In this document: positions 1 to 9,539 of the stretch, in pieces
Layout: every line of letters begins with the position of its first letter
Numbering within the stretch: position 1 is the stretch's first letter
Source: a bacterium
GTDB lineage: Bacteria; CSSED10-310
NCBI GenBank assembly: GCA_049652745.1
Contig: JBASEY010000029.1
Span: 66,440 to 130,439 of the forward strand
Direction of reading: 5' to 3'
Length of the DNA: 64,000 nt
The notes under the pieces: model-generated
Told to the model about the DNA's origin: nothing
Seen by the model: only the letters and a program-made list of their open reading frames with translations
The model's database searches: none
Program-made: the position numbers and the translations under genes

Positions 1-2
1 TA

Positions 3-332
3 AAAACGCTTTCAGGCCGAAAAGTCACAAAACCTCAGTCACCAGCGCAGAAACCACCGCCCACCGAGCCCTCCCCGAAAACACCGTCGTCCAAACCTGA
101 AAAGCCGGAAATGGATGATACGGATAAAGAACTTCGGGAGGAATTGGATAATATTTTGAAGGTGATACCAACAGGCGATCGTTCTGAAACCGGGCCAGGC
201 GATCGACCAGGCTATGATAAAAAACGACGTCAAGTCCCTCCAATAAAACCTCCAAGAGTTTCTGAGAAAAAGAATTCTGAAGGTTTGAGTAATGAAGATA
301 GAAAAAAGCTCGAGGACTTGTTTGAAGAATGA
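3..332 (+). CDS. 3'-terminal fragment of a gene that starts upstream of the window; Pro/Lys/Glu-rich low-complexity tail, hypothetical
   Basis: Frame 3 is open from nt 3 to the stop at 330-332; the ORF track shows only the internal ATG at 111. The translated tail (KPPPTEPSPKTPSSKPEKPE...KKRRQVPPIKPPRVSEKK) is low-complexity, and I recognise no domain. Confidence 0.3.
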   Translation, partial: KTLSGRKVTKPQSPAQKPPPTEPSPKTPSSKPEKPEMDDTDKELREELDNILKVIPTGDRSETGPGDRPGYDKKRRQVPPIKPPRVSEKKNSEGLSNEDRKKLEDLFEE

Positions 333-508
333 TGCTTTGAATTACGCTTGAGAATCTCCCGATAAAATTTCTTTTAACCATTACAAGGTACAAATTCGAT
401 ACTTGACTTTGCCCTATAAATCTGATGTAAAAGCAGTTTGGAGACAAGGGTCTTCCAAGTACTGTTTTTTATTAATTTAACCCCTATGGATATTATAAGG
501 AGAGTATT

Positions 509-1798
509 ATGGCAGCCGATAAATCTTTTAATGCATTTGAGATGGCTCAAGCACAGTTTGACAAAGTTGCGGATTATCTAAAATTGGATAAAGCAACACG
601 TTCTTTGTTGAGGGAACCTTTACGCGAGTATCATTTTAGTATTCCTGTAAAAATGGACGATGGCTCTGTACAGGTATTTCGAGGATTCCGAGTTCATCAT
701 AACGATGCTCTAGGACCTTGCAAGGGCGGAATTCGCTTTCACCCGCACGAGACGATCGATACGGTTCGTGCATTGTCAATGTGGATGACCTGGAAAACCG
801 CTGTTGTGAACATTCCTCTTGGCGGTGGCAAGGGTGGAATTATTTGTGATCCCCCCAACCTCAGTGACAACGAGCAGGAACGAATGTGCCGAGGTTATGT
901 GCGTCAAATTGCCAAAAACGTTGGACCATTGATCGATGTGCCGGCCCCTGATGTTATGTCGTCCGCCAAGCATATGCTATGGATGCTGGATGAATATGAA
1001 ACGATTCATGGCGCCAAATACCCGGGTTTCATCACCGGTAAACCCGTTGGAATGGGTGGCTCGTTGGGAAGAACTGAAGCCACGGGTTACGGCTTGATCT
1101 ATACTGTCCGTGAAGCCTTGAAAAAATTGAATATCCGTTTCGAAGACACAACGGCTTCAGTTCAGGGCTTCGGAAAAGTCGCTCAGCATGCAATTCATCT
1201 TTATACGCAATTGGGCGGCAAAGTAACGTGTGTTTCGAGCTGGGATCAAGCGGATAAGACATCCTATGCATTTAGAAAGAAAGACGGTATTGATATCAAC
1301 AAGCTGTTGGAAATCACCAATCAGTTTGGAAGCATCGATAAGGACAAGGCCGCAAAAATGGGCTATGAAGTTCTGCCTGGTGATGTTTGGATTGAACAGG
1401 ATGTCGATATCTTGATGCCTAGCGCGCTCGAAAATCAAATTAACGGTAAAAATGCCGGGAAAATCTCGAAAAAGGTCAAAATGATCGCCGAAGGCGCAAA
1501 TGGGCCTACAACTCCTGAAGCCGATGCCATCATCAAGGAAAAAGGGATTTATGTCATTCCCGATTTTCTTGCCAATGCCGGCGGAGTGACCTGCAGCTAT
1601 TTCGAACAGGTTCAGTGCAACATGAATTATTTCTGGGAAAAAGAGGAAGTGCTCAGCAAACTCGATGTCATTATGACAAATGCTTTCCTTGCAGTGCATG
1701 AACTGGCTCAGAAAGAAAAACTCTATATGCGCGACGCTGCATACGTCATTTCCATCAAGCGCGTTGCCAAAGCGTGCAAAGATCGCGGTTGGGTTTAA
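509..1798 (+). CDS. gdhA: Glutamate dehydrogenase (Glu/Leu/Phe/Val dehydrogenase family)
   Basis: 429 aa. Motifs KGGIRFHP and GGGKGG are diagnostic of the amino-acid dehydrogenase family. An AGGAG Shine-Dalgarno sits 6 nt upstream, and a terminator hairpin follows the gene. Confidence 0.93.
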   Translation: MAADKSFNAFEMAQAQFDKVADYLKLDKATRSLLREPLREYHFSIPVKMDDGSVQVFRGFRVHHNDALGPCKGGIRFHPHETIDTVRALSMWMTWKTAVVNIPLGGGKGGIICDPPNLSDNEQERMCRGYVRQIAKNVGPLIDVPAPDVMSSAKHMLWMLDEYETIHGAKYPGFITGKPVGMGGSLGRTEATGYGLIYTVREALKKLNIRFEDTTASVQGFGKVAQHAIHLYTQLGGKVTCVSSWDQADKTSYAFRKKDGIDINKLLEITNQFGSIDKDKAAKMGYEVLPGDVWIEQDVDILMPSALENQINGKNAGKISKKVKMIAEGANGPTTPEADAIIKEKGIYVIPDFLANAGGVTCSYFEQVQCNMNYFWEKEEVLSKLDVIMTNAFLAVHELAQKEKLYMRDAAYVISIKRVAKACKDRGWV

Positions 1799-1891
1799 TA
1801 ACGAGTACCGGTAGAAAACGCCGTCTCGATCCAGCATCTTGATTTCCGAAAAAGATTCGGAGTTGCCTTGACGGCTTATGAAGTATGAAGA

Positions 1892-1919
1892 ACAGGTCAG
1901 CATTGCTGGCCTGTTTTTT
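1892..1919 (+). terminator. Rho-independent terminator after gdhA
   Basis: Inverted repeat ACAGGTCAGCA..TGCTGGCCTGT is followed by TTTTTTG. Confidence 0.5.
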
Positions 1920-1977
1920 GCTTGAAGTGGCTGCCGCGTGGTATTAAAGTGCCAACGGGTGATATGAAAGGGGTGAC

Positions 1978-4014
1978 ATGATGAAAAAATATATTTGGGT
2001 AATGCTTGCTTGTTTCCTTTCAGGCATAACTATTGGCCATGCTCAGTCCGATTCCAACTGGATACAAAAATTGACGGACAATGAGTTTTTGGAACTTCAG
2101 ACTTATCGCATGCTCGATGAACAGGAATTCATCGAGCCGCGAGTTACGGCTGGTAGAACCTTTCCTGATGTTTTCGACTGGCGCGAGATGATGGGTGTCA
2201 CACCCATTAAAAACCAAGCACAATGTGGAAGTTGTTGGGCATTTACCGCCCATGCGGTTTTGGAATCACAGCTTTTGATAAAAACGGGTATCGAATACGA
2301 TTTGTCGGAACAACAGCTCGTGGATTGCACGCCTTTTTGTTATGGATGTTCAGGAGGAAACACGGAATATGCATGGAGCTACCTGGAGTGGGAGCCGGCT
2401 CGAATCGAAGCGGATTACCCCTATGAAGCCGTAGACAATGATTGCCGGGCCAAGCTTTATCCGGCATATGTACGCACAGTTGGATACGACGCGTTTTATG
2501 GCTCGGAAAAGGCGATAAAAGAGGCATTGATGGATTATGGCCCAGTTGCCACAGCGATGAATGCGACAAATGAAATGAAAAGTTATACCGGGGGCTGTTT
2601 TCAGGACGACTCCACCAAACAGGTCAACCATGGAGTCGTAATTGTCGGCTGGGATGACACGGTCTGCGACGGCGGATCATGGATTGTCAAAAATTCTTGG
2701 GGAAAAGGCTGGGGCGACGAGGGGTATTTTTATATTCGTCGCGGTGATCTCAAATTGGGGGATTATTTCAGCATGGTACATTTCGAGATCCTCCCTGCTG
2801 TCGATTTCACACTCACGGATTTCGCGTTTCAAAACAGTCAAACCCAATATCCTGAAGCCGGACAAAAGGTTACAACCAGGTTTTTTATCGAGAACATTGG
2901 ACGTGAAACAGCAACGGGTGTTACGGCCAGGGTAACCAGTGATTCCTCTTTGGTAACGTTCCAGAACGACACGATCAATCTCCCGAATCTTCAACCGGGT
3001 GAAGGGATCGATGTCGACGATGCTTTTCAGATGGTTGTGTCCAACGACGCCCAGCCCGGTGATCTTGTAATTTTAGATATTCTCATACAGGCGGATAATG
3101 GTGAGAAACACCAAACGGTCAATCTTTTGGTCGGGCCGATGTTTCCTTATTATTTCAATGATTTTGAAGGTGAATCCAACGAGGGATGGACAACGGTTTA
3201 TTCTCGTAAAGACCACTGGAAACGGGGTATGCACGATGAAAATTCCTCACCCCGATTTGATCCGTTGACGCCTTATTCTGGAACCCACATGTGGGGACAG
3301 CGATTGGAAAAAACAGGAACCTATCCGGCAAACCATTCAACTCAACTCCTCTCACCTGTTTTTGATGTTAGTGACCACCAGCAGCTTTTCCTGCGTTTCA
3401 AACGATGGTTGACGGTTGAAAAGGGCATTTATGACAAAGCCAAAATCCTGGCCAATCAGCAGATGGTCTGGGAAAACCCTCCTCATGAAGACTTGATCGA
3501 TACGCGTTGGCAGGATGTTCTGCTGGATATAACGCCATACATCAGTGACAACAAAATACAAATAGCGTTTTCTCTAGACAGTGATCCCGGCCTTGAATTC
3601 GGTGGCTGGAATATCGATGACGTAGAAATTTTATCGGCAAGGAATGCGAAATTTGAACAAAAGTTTTTCGGCGCTCTGAAAACCAAACTTGGTATGCCGA
3701 TTCAGATGGTTCACGCCGGTGATACCTTCCTGTTGTACTATGAATTGAGAAATTATGGCTCTGATCAACATATCGATGAATACATTGCGCTGGAAGTTCT
3801 GGGAGAGTTCTGGCTCTGGCCGAACTGGGAACAAACGATATCTTCGAGAAGCCGTATCATTCCAACAAATTCTTTTCATGTTGAAACAATCCTCACATTT
3901 GAGTGGCCTTCGGTTCCAGATCCATTTAATGGGGTCCGTTTTTGGAGCGCCGTCCTGGAACACAATACGGGCTATGTGTTCGATTTTACGAATATCGAAT
4001 GGGGATGGTCGTAG
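1978..4014 (+). CDS. Secreted papain-like cysteine protease (peptidase C1) with a long C-terminal beta-domain extension
   Basis: 678 aa with an N-terminal signal peptide (MMKKYIWVMLACFLSGITIGHAQ). The active-site Cys motif QAQCGSCWAFTA is present, plus a His (VNHGVVIVGWD) and NSWG. About 400 aa follow the catalytic domain, including a module shared with the M14 peptidase (see findings). Confidence 0.9.
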   Translation: MMKKYIWVMLACFLSGITIGHAQSDSNWIQKLTDNEFLELQTYRMLDEQEFIEPRVTAGRTFPDVFDWREMMGVTPIKNQAQCGSCWAFTAHAVLESQLLIKTGIEYDLSEQQLVDCTPFCYGCSGGNTEYAWSYLEWEPARIEADYPYEAVDNDCRAKLYPAYVRTVGYDAFYGSEKAIKEALMDYGPVATAMNATNEMKSYTGGCFQDDSTKQVNHGVVIVGWDDTVCDGGSWIVKNSWGKGWGDEGYFYIRRGDLKLGDYFSMVHFEILPAVDFTLTDFAFQNSQTQYPEAGQKVTTRFFIENIGRETATGVTARVTSDSSLVTFQNDTINLPNLQPGEGIDVDDAFQMVVSNDAQPGDLVILDILIQADNGEKHQTVNLLVGPMFPYYFNDFEGESNEGWTTVYSRKDHWKRGMHDENSSPRFDPLTPYSGTHMWGQRLEKTGTYPANHSTQLLSPVFDVSDHQQLFLRFKRWLTVEKGIYDKAKILANQQMVWENPPHEDLIDTRWQDVLLDITPYISDNKIQIAFSLDSDPGLEFGGWNIDDVEILSARNAKFEQKFFGALKTKLGMPIQMVHAGDTFLLYYELRNYGSDQHIDEYIALEVLGEFWLWPNWEQTISSRSRIIPTNSFHVETILTFEWPSVPDPFNGVRFWSAVLEHNTGYVFDFTNIEWGWS

Positions 4015-4042
4015 GCGGATCATCGATTCGGATGGTAAGCTC

Positions 4043-4912
4043 ATGAGCGATGCAATAGGACGACAGCGCCTGCCGGCTTGGTTCAAAGTTACTCTTGGTA
4101 GTGGTGAATCCTACCGATCCGTCAGAAAAATCCTGGTGGCTCATAAGCTTCATACTGTGTGCGGCAGCGCCAGGTGTCCGAATGCCGGGGAATGTTGGAG
4201 CTCGGGTACAGCGACGTTCATGATTTTGGGGGATATTTGCACGAGAGATTGTCGTTTTTGTGCAGTGAAGCATGGGGTACCGACGAGTATTGACCTTTCT
4301 GAGCCCGAGCGTCTTCGAAAAGCGGCGGAAGCGATGAATCTATCTTATGTTGTTGTTACAAGCGTCACCCGTGATGATCTCGATGACGGCGGCGCATCGG
4401 CCTTTGCGGATACTATCCGTGAATTGAAAACCCATATTTCCAATGTGTCGGTTGAAATACTCGTTCCTGATTTTCGTGGAAACCAAGCATCGATAGAATG
4501 TGTTTTAAAGGCGGAACCGGATATTTTGAACCACAATATTGAAACAGTGCCGTCTTTGTATCCTGTTGCCAGACCTCAGGCGAACTATGGCCGCTCTCTC
4601 GACTTGCTCCAAAAAGCCGCAGCGTGTCTTGGAACGGAGCGAACAAAAAGTGGTCTGATGGTTGGTTTGGGAGAGACTCGTGAAGAACTGAAAGAACTGT
4701 TTCATGATTTGTCTTCCGTCGGAGTCGGGAGACTGACAATAGGTCAATATCTTCAACCCACTCGGTCTCACTTGCCGGTCAAGCGCTATCTTTCACCACA
4801 GGAATTCGACGATATTCGAAGCGAGGCGCTTGAATATGGGTTTGTTTATGTTGCATCAGGGCCCTTGGTGCGATCATCCTACCATGCTGCAGAACAGGTA
4901 GGGCATGCGTAA
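4043..4912 (+). CDS. lipA: Lipoyl synthase (radical SAM)
   Basis: Contains CGSARCPNAGECW and the CTRDCRFC radical-SAM motif (CX3CX2C), and SGLMVGLGET. The N-terminus aligns with LipA from MSDAIGRQ at the ATG at 4043. The ORF-track start at 3755 is an in-frame extension that overlaps the protease gene. Confidence 0.9.
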   Translation: MSDAIGRQRLPAWFKVTLGSGESYRSVRKILVAHKLHTVCGSARCPNAGECWSSGTATFMILGDICTRDCRFCAVKHGVPTSIDLSEPERLRKAAEAMNLSYVVVTSVTRDDLDDGGASAFADTIRELKTHISNVSVEILVPDFRGNQASIECVLKAEPDILNHNIETVPSLYPVARPQANYGRSLDLLQKAAACLGTERTKSGLMVGLGETREELKELFHDLSSVGVGRLTIGQYLQPTRSHLPVKRYLSPQEFDDIRSEALEYGFVYVASGPLVRSSYHAAEQVGHA

Positions 4913-4985
4913 GTGGACAAATTACGGGCTTTTCGATGAATGGCTCATGCAAATAATTTTTCTCTAGGCAGAGTGGCAAACAGGG

Positions 4986-6050
4986 TTATAGTTTCAATTT
5001 GTAAACAAATCCCTGATAGTTCAGACCGGCATACAATGATGGGTTATCCTGCCCTACCGCCATCAGTCTATGAGCGATGATGAGGGTATTTTTCAATGGT
5101 AAGCCGTTATTGATTGGATACCACGTTTCGCCCAAATTATCGGTTTGATACACGCCGTCCATGACGGTACCGGCAAACATGGTTTCAGGTTTTGAAGGAT
5201 GAAACGCGATGCACCGAGGTTGTGTATCTGAATAAAAGCCTTCTTGGATCGGTTTCCACGTTTTGGCGCCATCGGTTGTGATCGTGACGAAAGCTTCTCC
5301 TTGACTGCGATAAATGCAGACGAAGCAGTCATCTTTCAGCGGGTGTGCACTCACATCGACAACTAAAAAGTCTACGGCGGGAATACGTGATGATATCGAG
5401 GCCCAATTTTCTCCGCCGTCGAAAGTTTCCCAAAGACCACTGGCAAGGGTTCCAGCCAGAATATGGCCAGGTCGGATTTTGTTTCCGGCAAAACACTGGA
5501 TATTTGTGTCGGATATCGGTGTCTGTGGCTGCCGCCAGGTTTCCCCTCTGTCATCACTGATATAAATACCTGCGTTGACTGTTCCAAGAAGAATGTGGCT
5601 GCTCTCTTCTCCTCCAACCAAAAAACATCGCGGGTCTGAATCTTCCGGCAAGGGAATTTCTTCTGAAAAAACCATTCCATTATCATGGCTGACACGCAAA
5701 GCTCCAGGACTATCGGATGTCTTGAAAAAAGATGCCCATATGCCATCGTTTTGTTTGCTCATCCAAGAGACTTGGCAATTCAATGGCGCCTCCGCCGGAG
5801 GGGTTGCCCAATCCTCGCGTGACAAATCATATCTGGATATCCCGGACATATCTTCTTTTGGAATGCCCCCAGCTAAAATGGATTGGGTTTCCGGAACATA
5901 AAGCAGATGTCTGACTTCAATTAAACCGCTGTTGTCGAGAGATCGCCATTCTGCTGACATCTTGGGGTGTTCGGGGCGGGTTTCGCAACCTTCAAAACAG
6001 ATTACCAAGATAGATAAAGCAATCAATGTGTACAATGCGTGCTTTTTCAT
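4986..6050 (-). CDS. BNR/Asp-box repeat lipoprotein (sialidase/Ycf48-like beta-propeller)
   Basis: The start is at MKKHALY (ATG at 6050, with a GAGGGGA Shine-Dalgarno). The lipobox is ICFEGC. Repeated S/TxDxGxTW Asp-box motifs are present: SDDRGETW, FDGGENW, TDGAKTW and DNLGETW. Confidence 0.7.
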   Translation of the reverse strand: MKKHALYTLIALSILVICFEGCETRPEHPKMSAEWRSLDNSGLIEVRHLLYVPETQSILAGGIPKEDMSGISRYDLSREDWATPPAEAPLNCQVSWMSKQNDGIWASFFKTSDSPGALRVSHDNGMVFSEEIPLPEDSDPRCFLVGGEESSHILLGTVNAGIYISDDRGETWRQPQTPISDTNIQCFAGNKIRPGHILAGTLASGLWETFDGGENWASISSRIPAVDFLVVDVSAHPLKDDCFVCIYRSQGEAFVTITTDGAKTWKPIQEGFYSDTQPRCIAFHPSKPETMFAGTVMDGVYQTDNLGETWYPINNGLPLKNTLIIAHRLMAVGQDNPSLYAGLNYQGFVYKLKL

Positions 6051-6285
6051 CGCGATCCCCTCTAATTTGTTTACAAAATTAAACACCTGTCGAGGTGTAT
6101 AAACTGCTAGAAGAATAAGGTTAATACTATAAAACGTCAAGAAAAAGAAAGAAGCATCTTTTAATTCAGATATATCGGTATTATATTTGCAAGCACCTGA
6201 GATGGAAGATTTCGGGCGACGATCGGTTTAAAGGGTTTGAGTTGAGCAAGAGATAAAAGTTAGAGGCATATGGAGGAAACATGAG

Positions 6286-8832
6286 ATGAAAAGATCATTG
6301 GTTATTATTTTTCTAGTCGTATCGTGTTTGCTGTCCATTGGCGTTTCAGGATCCGAATTGGATGATCATTATTGGATCCGATTGAAATTCAAAGATAAAA
6401 CAGAGTTTCAAGAAGCGCTCAAGGATTTGCAAACAGACCGGCTGGATATCGCGGGTGTCGACTTGCAAAAATTTTATGTGGATCTGGTGGTATCCGAGCA
6501 AGATTTCGGGCAACTCGATGCCGGTTATGAAGTCGAGATTTTACGAGAGCCCGGAAAAGCCTTGCTGGTTGATCCACAATATCTGGAACCGCATGAAACG
6601 GCGGAAATCATGCTGATGTATTCAAACATCTATCCCAGTCTAACGAAATTGGTGGCTTTAGGGAATACAGAGCAGGGCCGTACGATTTACGCGATGAAAA
6701 TCACTGAAAACGCAAGTCTGGATCAGGACAAGTTGACGATTATGTTCAACGGTCAGCATCACGCACGGGAAGTGATGACGGCGGAAATCATGGTGGACAT
6801 GATCGATTATCTGCTGACAAAATACGGCACGGATCCTCAGGTGACGCATTGGGTCGACTCATACAATATTTGGATCATTCCTCAGGTTAACTTGGACGGC
6901 ATCAACTATGTTTTCAATAATTACGATATGTGGCGTAAAGACCGGCATTCACCGCCGCCGGGTTATTCGGATTACGGCATCGACCCCAACAGAAATTATC
7001 CCGCATTTTGGGGCGCCTGCGGCGGCAGCTCAGGGTCTCCAGGCAGCGATTTATACCGGGGACAGTTTCCAGGGGAATCCTATTGTGTCAGTCGTATAAT
7101 GACGTTAGCTTCGGCTATTAAGCCTGTGTTCAATATATCCTATCATTCCTATTCCGAACTGGTCATTTACCCTTATGGATGTGACAATGCTTATACCCCG
7201 GATAAAGCCGCCATGGCTTCCGTCGGTCAAGGATTGGCGTCGGTATTGATGCGGGATAACGGCACGATGGGCTACACCCCAGGCACCTGCTGGGAAGTCC
7301 TGTATGCCACTGACGGCGGCGATATTGACTGGCTTTATGCCGAGCTGGGAACATTTCCCTATGTCATCGAGGTCAATTCGTCCAGTCAAGGGTTTTTGCC
7401 CGGTTACAACCAATGGCGTGACATCACCGTTCAGCGTCAGCGTGCAGGATGGCAGTATTTGTTGAATCGGCTCGAAGGCCCCATGATTACAGGTCACATC
7501 GTAGATGCGTGTACTGGTCAACCTTTGGAGGGTGTAGAGTTCGGACTGCTGGAAAAACCGTTGACATCGGATGAAACCTCTAGGGTCACAGATGGTTTCG
7601 GGCGGTTTTGGCGACCCGTGGTACCTGGTGAGTACCATTTGACGGCGTCAGCTCCCGGTTATGGAACCTCCGTGACACCGATAACCGTTGGTTCCAGTCG
7701 GGTTGAGCGCACGATTCTACTGGTTCCGAACGGCAGTTTTGGCGTTTTCCCAATGGGTATGACGGTTTATGATTCCCAGGGCGAGCCCAAGGATGTGCTG
7801 GGTATCGGGGAAACGGCTAACTTGAAAGTCAGCGCCGGATCTACGGGAGCGACCACCAATGTCACGGCGACCCTTACAACCACGGATCCGTATGTTGTAG
7901 TGTTGAACGGGCAGGCTGTGATCGGCAATATCCCGGATGGCGGAACGGGATCGACCCAGGCGCCGCATTTCAGAATTCAATCCTCGCCCTTGACACCGGA
8001 AGGGCATGTGGCTGAATTCACTGTCACTTTCAGTGCGGATCAGCAGTTGTGCTCACCTGGCTCGACCCTATTTTTGAAAATTAGTAATTTTGTCTATCGA
8101 TGCCCGGTTTTCGAAGAAAATCTCAATGCCAATCCGGGTTATACGATCAACAATTCCGGCACCAACGGCTGGGCGTTCGGCGCTCCCACCACCGGCATGT
8201 CAGGCCCGCATTCCGGCCAATATTGTTACGGCACCAATCTGAGCGGCAACTATTCCAACAATGCCGATTATCGACTCACATCCACGCCGTTTGACTGTTC
8301 CGATTTGGTCAACACCGAACTGCATTTTTATCGTTTTCTGAAAAATGAGCAGGGTTATGATACTGCCTACGTAAAAGTGTCGAACGACAATGTCAATTGG
8401 ACGGTTGTCTGGTCGGGCTATGGGCAGGATACGGCCTGGAATGAACAGGTTATCGATATATCTCAGATTGCCGATGGTCAGCCAGAAGTCTATATTCGTT
8501 GGAGATTGACGTCGGATGTCTGGGTGACGGATTTGGGTTTTTACATCGACGATATAGCCATTTGCGGGCTGACGATGCCTGAAATTCCGCCGACACCGGC
8601 GCCTACATGGACGCCGAACGACTGTATCAACAACGGCGATGTCAACCAGGACATACAGATTACGGCGAGCGATGCGCAACTGGCGTTTCAAATTTCTTTG
8701 GGCTCTTACACGCCGACTTATCAGGAGGAGTGCAGCGCGGATTGTGACGGCAACGGGATGATATCGGCGGCGGATGCGCAGAAAATCTTTTTGGCCGCTT
8801 TGGGTGGCGCCTCATGTGTTGATCCGCTTTAA
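6286..8832 (+). CDS. Secreted zinc carboxypeptidase (peptidase M14) with a carboxypeptidase-regulatory-like domain, beta-sandwich/MAM-like module and C-terminal dockerin
   Basis: 848 aa with a signal peptide. The Zn-binding motif QHHAREVMTAE and NPNRNY are present. GHIVDACTGQPLEGVEFGLLE resembles a CarbopepD_reg-like domain. The C-terminus carries two Ca-binding dockerin-like segments (NNGDVNQDIQITASDAQLAF and DCDGNGMISAADAQKIF). The Shine-Dalgarno is GGAGGA. Confidence 0.85.
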   Translation: MKRSLVIIFLVVSCLLSIGVSGSELDDHYWIRLKFKDKTEFQEALKDLQTDRLDIAGVDLQKFYVDLVVSEQDFGQLDAGYEVEILREPGKALLVDPQYLEPHETAEIMLMYSNIYPSLTKLVALGNTEQGRTIYAMKITENASLDQDKLTIMFNGQHHAREVMTAEIMVDMIDYLLTKYGTDPQVTHWVDSYNIWIIPQVNLDGINYVFNNYDMWRKDRHSPPPGYSDYGIDPNRNYPAFWGACGGSSGSPGSDLYRGQFPGESYCVSRIMTLASAIKPVFNISYHSYSELVIYPYGCDNAYTPDKAAMASVGQGLASVLMRDNGTMGYTPGTCWEVLYATDGGDIDWLYAELGTFPYVIEVNSSSQGFLPGYNQWRDITVQRQRAGWQYLLNRLEGPMITGHIVDACTGQPLEGVEFGLLEKPLTSDETSRVTDGFGRFWRPVVPGEYHLTASAPGYGTSVTPITVGSSRVERTILLVPNGSFGVFPMGMTVYDSQGEPKDVLGIGETANLKVSAGSTGATTNVTATLTTTDPYVVVLNGQAVIGNIPDGGTGSTQAPHFRIQSSPLTPEGHVAEFTVTFSADQQLCSPGSTLFLKISNFVYRCPVFEENLNANPGYTINNSGTNGWAFGAPTTGMSGPHSGQYCYGTNLSGNYSNNADYRLTSTPFDCSDLVNTELHFYRFLKNEQGYDTAYVKVSNDNVNWTVVWSGYGQDTAWNEQVIDISQIADGQPEVYIRWRLTSDVWVTDLGFYIDDIAICGLTMPEIPPTPAPTWTPNDCINNGDVNQDIQITASDAQLAFQISLGSYTPTYQEECSADCDGNGMISAADAQKIFLAALGGASCVDPL

Positions 8833-9000
8833 CGAAAAGTGAGTATAAACCGCCTGAAGCCAAGTGTTTTAGGCGGTTTAATTTTAGTCTCGAAAAAAAT
8901 CACGTGTCGCGGAACAATTCAGGAACTCACCGGTTTATATTGTCGAATGAGGGAGAGGCCCTCGGAACTTTTTAGGTTTTTTATTAAAAGGAGTTTCAAA

Positions 9001-9432
9001 ATGAAAAAAGCACTATTAGCACTTTCAATGATCGCGGTATTTGGCCTGGTTGCCAATGTCGCTCTGACAGAAACAGTTTATTTCCCCTGCTGGCAGCACG
9101 GATGGGGTCTGCAGACATTCTTCTCAGTCAGTAATGCCAGTCCAGATCCAGCGGAAAATGCCGTAGTCACCATCAATCTCTGCGACGAAGCCGGATCAAT
9201 TCTTGCGACCACAACCGGTACTGTTGCTCCCGGAACCTGCTGGCTGCCTGATACGGAACAGACCTGGTATACAGCCGGCGACGGTATCGGATTCGGCCAC
9301 TTTATCGTTAATCCGATGTCTGAAGACTGTGTCTATCTTTGGGGTTGTATCTACACCAATTTGACAGCCGCGAAAGCCGGAATGCCCGGTTTCACCCTTG
9401 TTCTGCCCCAGAACCCCTACGGTGGTCATTAA
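9001..9432 (+). CDS. Small secreted Cys-containing hypothetical protein
   Basis: The start is at MKKALLALSMIAVFGLVANVA (ATG at 9001, AAAGGAG Shine-Dalgarno). It has a signal peptide and several Cys residues, and no recognisable domain. A strong terminator follows. Confidence 0.5.
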   Translation: MKKALLALSMIAVFGLVANVALTETVYFPCWQHGWGLQTFFSVSNASPDPAENAVVTINLCDEAGSILATTTGTVAPGTCWLPDTEQTWYTAGDGIGFGHFIVNPMSEDCVYLWGCIYTNLTAAKAGMPGFTLVLPQNPYGGH

Positions 9433-9457
9433 TACCATTTAGTAAACTGAAATTTAA

Positions 9458-9487
9458 AACCCCGGTTCAAACCGGGGTTTTTTTGTG
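9458..9487 (+). terminator. Rho-independent terminator
   Basis: AACCCCGGTT-caa-AACCGGGGTT hairpin followed by a T-run (TTTTTTTGTG). Confidence 0.65.
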
Positions 9488-9539
9488 CCTTCGTTCTGTA
9501 GATTCAGTTGAGCAGCGCTTATGAGTGGTATTTGCCATT

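Noticed and set aside
25-447. 140-aa minus-strand ORF at the window start
   Set aside because: It is antisense to the open frame of the incoming partial gene. It has no Shine-Dalgarno and no motif, and the sequence looks like a typical antisense artefact.
1157-1903. 248-aa minus-strand ORF inside gdhA
   Set aside because: It is antisense to a strongly supported gene and has no motifs.
3755-4042. N-terminal 96-codon extension of the lipA ORF overlapping the protease gene
   Set aside because: The LipA alignment begins at MSDAIGRQ (ATG at 4043). The extension overlaps a confidently called gene in another frame and has no similarity to LipA N-termini.
7105-8691. Minus-strand ORFs of 177 aa and 163 aa inside the M14 peptidase gene
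   Set aside because: They are antisense to a gene with clear catalytic motifs. Arg/His-rich translations are typical of GC-skewed antisense frames.
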